Assembly (NCBI GenBank): GCA_039679325.1
Contig: JBDKVD010000132.1
Coordinates: 1-41,221, forward strand
From: Smithella sp.
Lineage (GTDB): Bacteria > Desulfobacterota > Syntrophia > Syntrophales > Smithellaceae
DNA: 41,221 nt
Direction of reading: 5' to 3'
Positions 37,748 through 41,221 of this stretch are shown here, one piece after another. The notes below the pieces were generated by a model. That model made no database searches. It was given only the letters and a program-made list of their open reading frames with translations, and was not told where the DNA came from. Position 1 is the stretch's first letter. The number at the start of each line of letters is the position of its first letter. The position numbers and the translations under genes were made by a program.

Positions 37748-38872
37748 CTAGGTGCCACCGTTGATAATACCGACTTTCTGGAGTTCAGTTTGGATCTTCA
37801 TAAGTCCTTCCGAGACATTATCGTGGAAGTCGATGCTCAGGATTCCCGCCAGGTCCGAAGGAATCTCTGTCTTGGACTTCTTAATGATACAGACGCGGTC
37901 TCGACCATAGCGTCCGTAAAACCACCCCAGCTCTAAGAGAACGTTCGGCCGTGCCTGAAAGTAACTCTTGCCTTTCTTCTGAACGAAGTCGTCCGGGGTT
38001 AGTATCGCGAAAGCATAACAACAATCATCCGCAAATTCCTCAAATTTTCTAATCAGTGTTTCACTTGCTCCCGGTTCCTCCTCGAGCACGATTGTTGTCA
38101 GATGGAGCTGATCCTCCAAAAGGTCGCGAAGTTCGCGCCACTTCGCTTCATCGTGACCATGGATAATGAATATCTTGTTACCACTGGGGATCAGGTAGCG
38201 TTGCTCCTGATCCGAGGCGAAGAAGTCGGCTCGAGTTTCCAGACGATCCGCTATAGTCGAGTACATGTTGACCAGTGTTAGAAACATCTGGTTGAGGCTT
38301 GATGGAAGCTTTTCTACTTGACGATACTTATGAACTGCTGTCCGAAGCAACTCTTTATACCGACGAATATTCCCCTGGTAACCGACGATGTCCGCTCGAA
38401 TGCAGGCGTCCATGCCACTGAAAAGGATCGGAAAGATGCTGAGGATCGGGCTGTACGTTTCGATCAGGTCTTTGTCCGCGCCAGGGAGCAGTGCATATTC
38501 CCGGATGATGGCGATAGCTTCGTTTGAGATGGCTAGACCTTTCGCGATTTCATCAAGGGCGTAAGAAAACCGCCCTTCCATTTGGAACACCATAGCCCGT
38601 GTTAAAGGAGTGTACAGGGTGGCTACGTGCCTCAGCATATCTAAAACAAGTTGTTCGTCCGGTGAAGTATGCACTTTCCCCTGGTTATACAGTGCATCCG
38701 CGGCGCGGGCTGTGATGTCTGCGTCTCGAATGTTCTGGGTCAAAAAGGCCATTAACGACTTCTGTATCACCTCGGACATATTGTCGAACAACGCCGCCAA
38801 TTCAGTGTCGTCGTCGGTATCATTAGTAACCAATTCTCCTTCCAATGGGACGATTTCTTTGTCTTCAGACAT
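37748..38872 (-). CDS. Protein with an unassigned ~230-aa helical N-terminal domain and a C-terminal TIR-like domain (CAP12/Pycsar-effector class, COG4271-like)
   Basis: C-terminus: KIFIIHGHDEAKWRELRDLLEDQLHLTTIVLEEEPGASETLIRKFEEFADDCCYAFAILTPDDF...ARPNVLLELGWFYGRYGRDRVCIIKKSKTEIPSDLAGI. This tracks the family consensus I remember (FIVHGHD...E.P..G.TIIEKFE...FA.VLLTPDD...ARQNV.FELG.F.G.LGR.RVC...PSD..G). Start chosen at the ATG 9 nt after AAGGAG; the track start is TTG at 38911. Confidence 0.8.
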   Translation of the reverse strand: MSEDKEIVPLEGELVTNDTDDDTELAALFDNMSEVIQKSLMAFLTQNIRDADITARAADALYNQGKVHTSPDEQLVLDMLRHVATLYTPLTRAMVFQMEGRFSYALDEIAKGLAISNEAIAIIREYALLPGADKDLIETYSPILSIFPILFSGMDACIRADIVGYQGNIRRYKELLRTAVHKYRQVEKLPSSLNQMFLTLVNMYSTIADRLETRADFFASDQEQRYLIPSGNKIFIIHGHDEAKWRELRDLLEDQLHLTTIVLEEEPGASETLIRKFEEFADDCCYAFAILTPDDFVQKKGKSYFQARPNVLLELGWFYGRYGRDRVCIIKKSKTEIPSDLAGILSIDFHDNVSEGLMKIQTELQKVGIINGGT

Positions 38873-38942
38873 GTTCCGGTTCTCCTTTATTAGACGTGTG
38901 GGTCGGGTCAAGCGCTCAAAGTCCGCACATAACCACGGGCTG

Positions 38943-41198
38943 TTAGACGACGTTGATCTGAACGGCTATGCCTCCCAGGATTCGCCTGCTTCTTACGTCG
39001 CGCTGAACGAGATCTGTACGAATTACGTCTCCCTTGCGTGCATTTGGCGGGACTTTCAGCCTCAGGCCAAAGGTCAATTGCTCCTGCCGGCGTACGGAGA
39101 TTGGTATTCTTGCTACAGCACCCTCAGGGAATTTTACTTCGACTCCCTTCGGAAGATTATTTTTCAACATTTCAGGATGTTCAGAAGTAAGCATCCGTGT
39201 CAGTTCTCCTGCACGATTGACTGTTGATGTCACTTGACCGGCACAGTCCAGATCTTTTATCCTATCCTTATCAATTGCAGAAGGCCTGTCTGCAAAGGGA
39301 GTGATTTCCAGGTCGGCGACACGTTTGAATACATCCGGTGAGGCATGCATCAGACTGGCCTCCAGCTTAAGTTGCGCTTTGGGCCTGATCAGCTCCATAT
39401 AAAAGCGCCTGGTCACCACGGAATGCATATTCGCTGCGACGAAAGGCAGCACAAACCACGTGTTGGGTTTCAGGTCAACAACGGTAAGATTCTTTTGAGC
39501 CAGATTATTTTGTTCCCACACATGACGACCGGCAAGAGGTTGATCTCCTTTTGTCAACACGGTGGCCAGCAGGCAGGCGTGCGCACCGGGAGGAGGTACA
39601 AGGCTGCGCGGCCATCGGGCCTGAAGTATCACGGAAGCGCCCGGCGCCAGATCGAAGCCGGAAGCGGCAGCGACGCAGGGCAGAAAATCATTGGGATAGA
39701 GAAATTCGGTTCCCGCGTATTGTTTTACATTAAATGTGACAACGAAGTGACGTACTGTTGCCGTTCCCCGGTTGCGAACTCGGGCGTAAAACCAGTTCGC
39801 CTGGCCATATTCCGGGGGCTGATGCGCAGTTCCGCCGTCGTCCTTGTTGCGCACCCAGAGATCCGGCGAATTCCAGAAAGCTCCAGACCACGCATCCGGC
39901 CCCGTGTGCCCCGGATCGTCGCGGAGCCAGACGTCAGGCGTCGCCGCCGGATTGGCAAATCCATAAACAAAGCGGTGAAACGCATCCACCAGCTGCGTAT
40001 TTCCCGTACGGCAGATGAGAAACTGCTCTATGTCGGTCGTGGTCACCAGTTTACGAAGCTGGAGCTTGTAGAAATCACTCATCAGTGCCTTTAAGGTATT
40101 TACACCGATTAATGCGGCTACGCCTCTCCAGAAGCGGTTGCCGAGATCATAAGCACCCTGTGCCGTGCTGCGAATCCATGGATTGCGCGAACACAGTGTT
40201 ACAGGGGGATCGGTAAAATTAAAGGCCTGGGATCCCGCAGCGCCTTCGTCATTGTAAACCGTCCAGGCCTCATCGAACCAGGCATCCGGCTGACTGGCGG
40301 GCTTGACGCCTCGTCCCCACCAGCTGTGAAATGCTTCATGCTGCAAAGAATCTGTTGTGGCTGTCGTTCCTCCATCGTATTCCATACCGCCGCGGTGCAG
40401 GAAAGCGACGAAGCGATTGCCGTGTGGGTAGGAACCATTAGAGTTTTCGTTGTTTGTGAGGTATGTTTTGATGTGATCTATTTCCAGGGGCAGATTAGCG
40501 CCGCTCGAAGGGCTCTGGGGATTGCCGGGAAGATTCCAGGCTTCAATGGAAACTATTTGACCTGATACAGGCAAGATTACCGTGTCGTTAGCACCGGCCA
40601 GTGTGTCCTGGGCGCGCAGTTCCAAAAGCGGCGAAAAAGCGGTAGAGCGTGCCGGCCAGTTAACTCTCCAGTGATTCGTGCCAAGCGATGACACAGTGCC
40701 GTTTGTAATGACGCTATGAACGACTGTTGTGTTTTGGAGACGCAATTCGATATCCAGTTCAAACTGATCGAAAATCAGATTCGCGGGCACCCATGATTCC
40801 AGATAACGTCCCGGGCCCAGATCCGTAAAACCGAAATTGAAGGCCAGTCTGGGGCCGGCGCTCCACTGGATTGCCGGAAGATATGAGCCTGCCATCGATG
40901 CCTGGGGAATACCGATCTGATATGTTATCTGCAGATTGTGCACGGAACCTGCCGCCAGTGATGTCTCCACAATGCGCAAATCGGCGTTTGCGCCTCCGCC
41001 GAAGTTATGCCAGGCAAGCTTCGCGACCGGTAAGGCGACTCCATCCAGCCACGCGGCGGTGATGTTCTGCCGAAGATCAAAAATGGGACAGCCTGCATAA
41101 CGCCCCATTTTAAACTCCATTGTAGCATCGCCCGTGCCCGAATTTGTCGAAGCATCGAAGGTCAGTGAAGCGGTGATGTTTTGGATATCGACGGGCAC
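38943..41198 (-). CDS. M1-family (LTA4H/aminopeptidase-N-like gluzincin) zinc metallopeptidase with a long unassigned C-terminal extension; no signal peptide visible
   Basis: GGMEY (GxMEN-like) then HEAFHSWWG...(X18)...E in WFDEAWTVY, i.e. HEXXH-X18-E, closely resembling LTA4H HEISHSWTGN / NEGHTVY. The track start is GTG and the frame stays open to the window edge (..LVDGLWA upstream), so the 5' end may lie beyond 41221. Confidence 0.8.
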   Translation of the reverse strand: MPVDIQNITASLTFDASTNSGTGDATMEFKMGRYAGCPIFDLRQNITAAWLDGVALPVAKLAWHNFGGGANADLRIVETSLAAGSVHNLQITYQIGIPQASMAGSYLPAIQWSAGPRLAFNFGFTDLGPGRYLESWVPANLIFDQFELDIELRLQNTTVVHSVITNGTVSSLGTNHWRVNWPARSTAFSPLLELRAQDTLAGANDTVILPVSGQIVSIEAWNLPGNPQSPSSGANLPLEIDHIKTYLTNNENSNGSYPHGNRFVAFLHRGGMEYDGGTTATTDSLQHEAFHSWWGRGVKPASQPDAWFDEAWTVYNDEGAAGSQAFNFTDPPVTLCSRNPWIRSTAQGAYDLGNRFWRGVAALIGVNTLKALMSDFYKLQLRKLVTTTDIEQFLICRTGNTQLVDAFHRFVYGFANPAATPDVWLRDDPGHTGPDAWSGAFWNSPDLWVRNKDDGGTAHQPPEYGQANWFYARVRNRGTATVRHFVVTFNVKQYAGTEFLYPNDFLPCVAAASGFDLAPGASVILQARWPRSLVPPPGAHACLLATVLTKGDQPLAGRHVWEQNNLAQKNLTVVDLKPNTWFVLPFVAANMHSVVTRRFYMELIRPKAQLKLEASLMHASPDVFKRVADLEITPFADRPSAIDKDRIKDLDCAGQVTSTVNRAGELTRMLTSEHPEMLKNNLPKGVEVKFPEGAVARIPISVRRQEQLTFGLRLKVPPNARKGDVIRTDLVQRDVRSRRILGGIAVQINVV

Positions 41199-41221
41199 AG
41201 CCCATAAACCGTCAACCAGCC

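Noticed and set aside
37645-37758. N-terminal 38 codons of the 347-aa track ORF, overlapping the TIR-like gene end
   Set aside because: The extension (MAPSRQQNDPQAPNSRHNG...) has no SD and precedes a perfect lipoprotein signal that starts at the internal ATG at 37644. This is most likely an over-extended ORF call.
37748-38872. Calling the TIR-like gene a Pycsar or CBASS effector
   Set aside because: No pyrimidine/purine cyclase or CD-NTase gene is present in the visible flanks, and no cNMP-binding or SAVED sensor is fused to it. Only the domain class is shared. Sequence upstream of 41221 is unseen, so this remains open rather than excluded.
39345-40094. 249-aa plus-strand ORF and several 60-86-aa ORFs inside the peptidase gene
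   Set aside because: These are Arg/Gly/Pro-rich shadow ORFs expected in GC-rich coding DNA. The minus-strand frame contains the HEXXH-X18-E peptidase signature. I used them only as evidence for the compositional shift.

Overview
41.2-kb chromosomal window from an anaerobic bacterium. G+C is moderate (low to mid 40s % by eye, not computed) and no taxon can be assigned from sequence alone. There are three blocks.

(1) 1-15993, all on the minus strand: a self-contained [FeFe]-hydrogenase supercluster. Five small signalling genes (DRTGG / RsbW-like kinase / DRTGG / PHP / stand-alone HATPase) are followed by hndA-hndB-hndC-hndD. Downstream lie aspA, hydF, an MBL-fold protein with two cNMP-binding domains, a TM1266-like regulator, hydG and a truncated hydE. 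HndC here is a NuoF-GltD fusion, and the HndD L1 motif reads TSCSPGW.

(2) 16272-36249: housekeeping genes. These are an L,D-transpeptidase / D-Ala-D-Ala dipeptidase / DAACS transporter operon, a two-subunit biotin carboxylase pair (pyruvate-carboxylase-like), secA, argJ, the rpsB-tsf-pyrH-frr and uppS-cdsA-dxr-rseP-tsaB strings, a DUF362 Fe-S protein and a glutaminyl cyclase.

(3) 36287-41221, minus strand: an accessory segment. A visibly more GC-rich gene pair encodes an M1-type HEXXH-X18-E zinc metallopeptidase (751 aa, possibly 5'-truncated by the window) and a protein with a CAP12/PycTIR-class TIR-like C-terminal domain behind an unassigned helical N-terminal domain. A lipoprotein and a small helical protein of unknown function follow.

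The peptidase + TIR-like pair is my best candidate for an undescribed conflict/defence system. No cyclase or other known partner is visible, but the upstream flank is outside the window. I found no rRNA, tRNA, CRISPR array, transposase or integrase. All family assignments come from motif recognition by eye; no searches were run.
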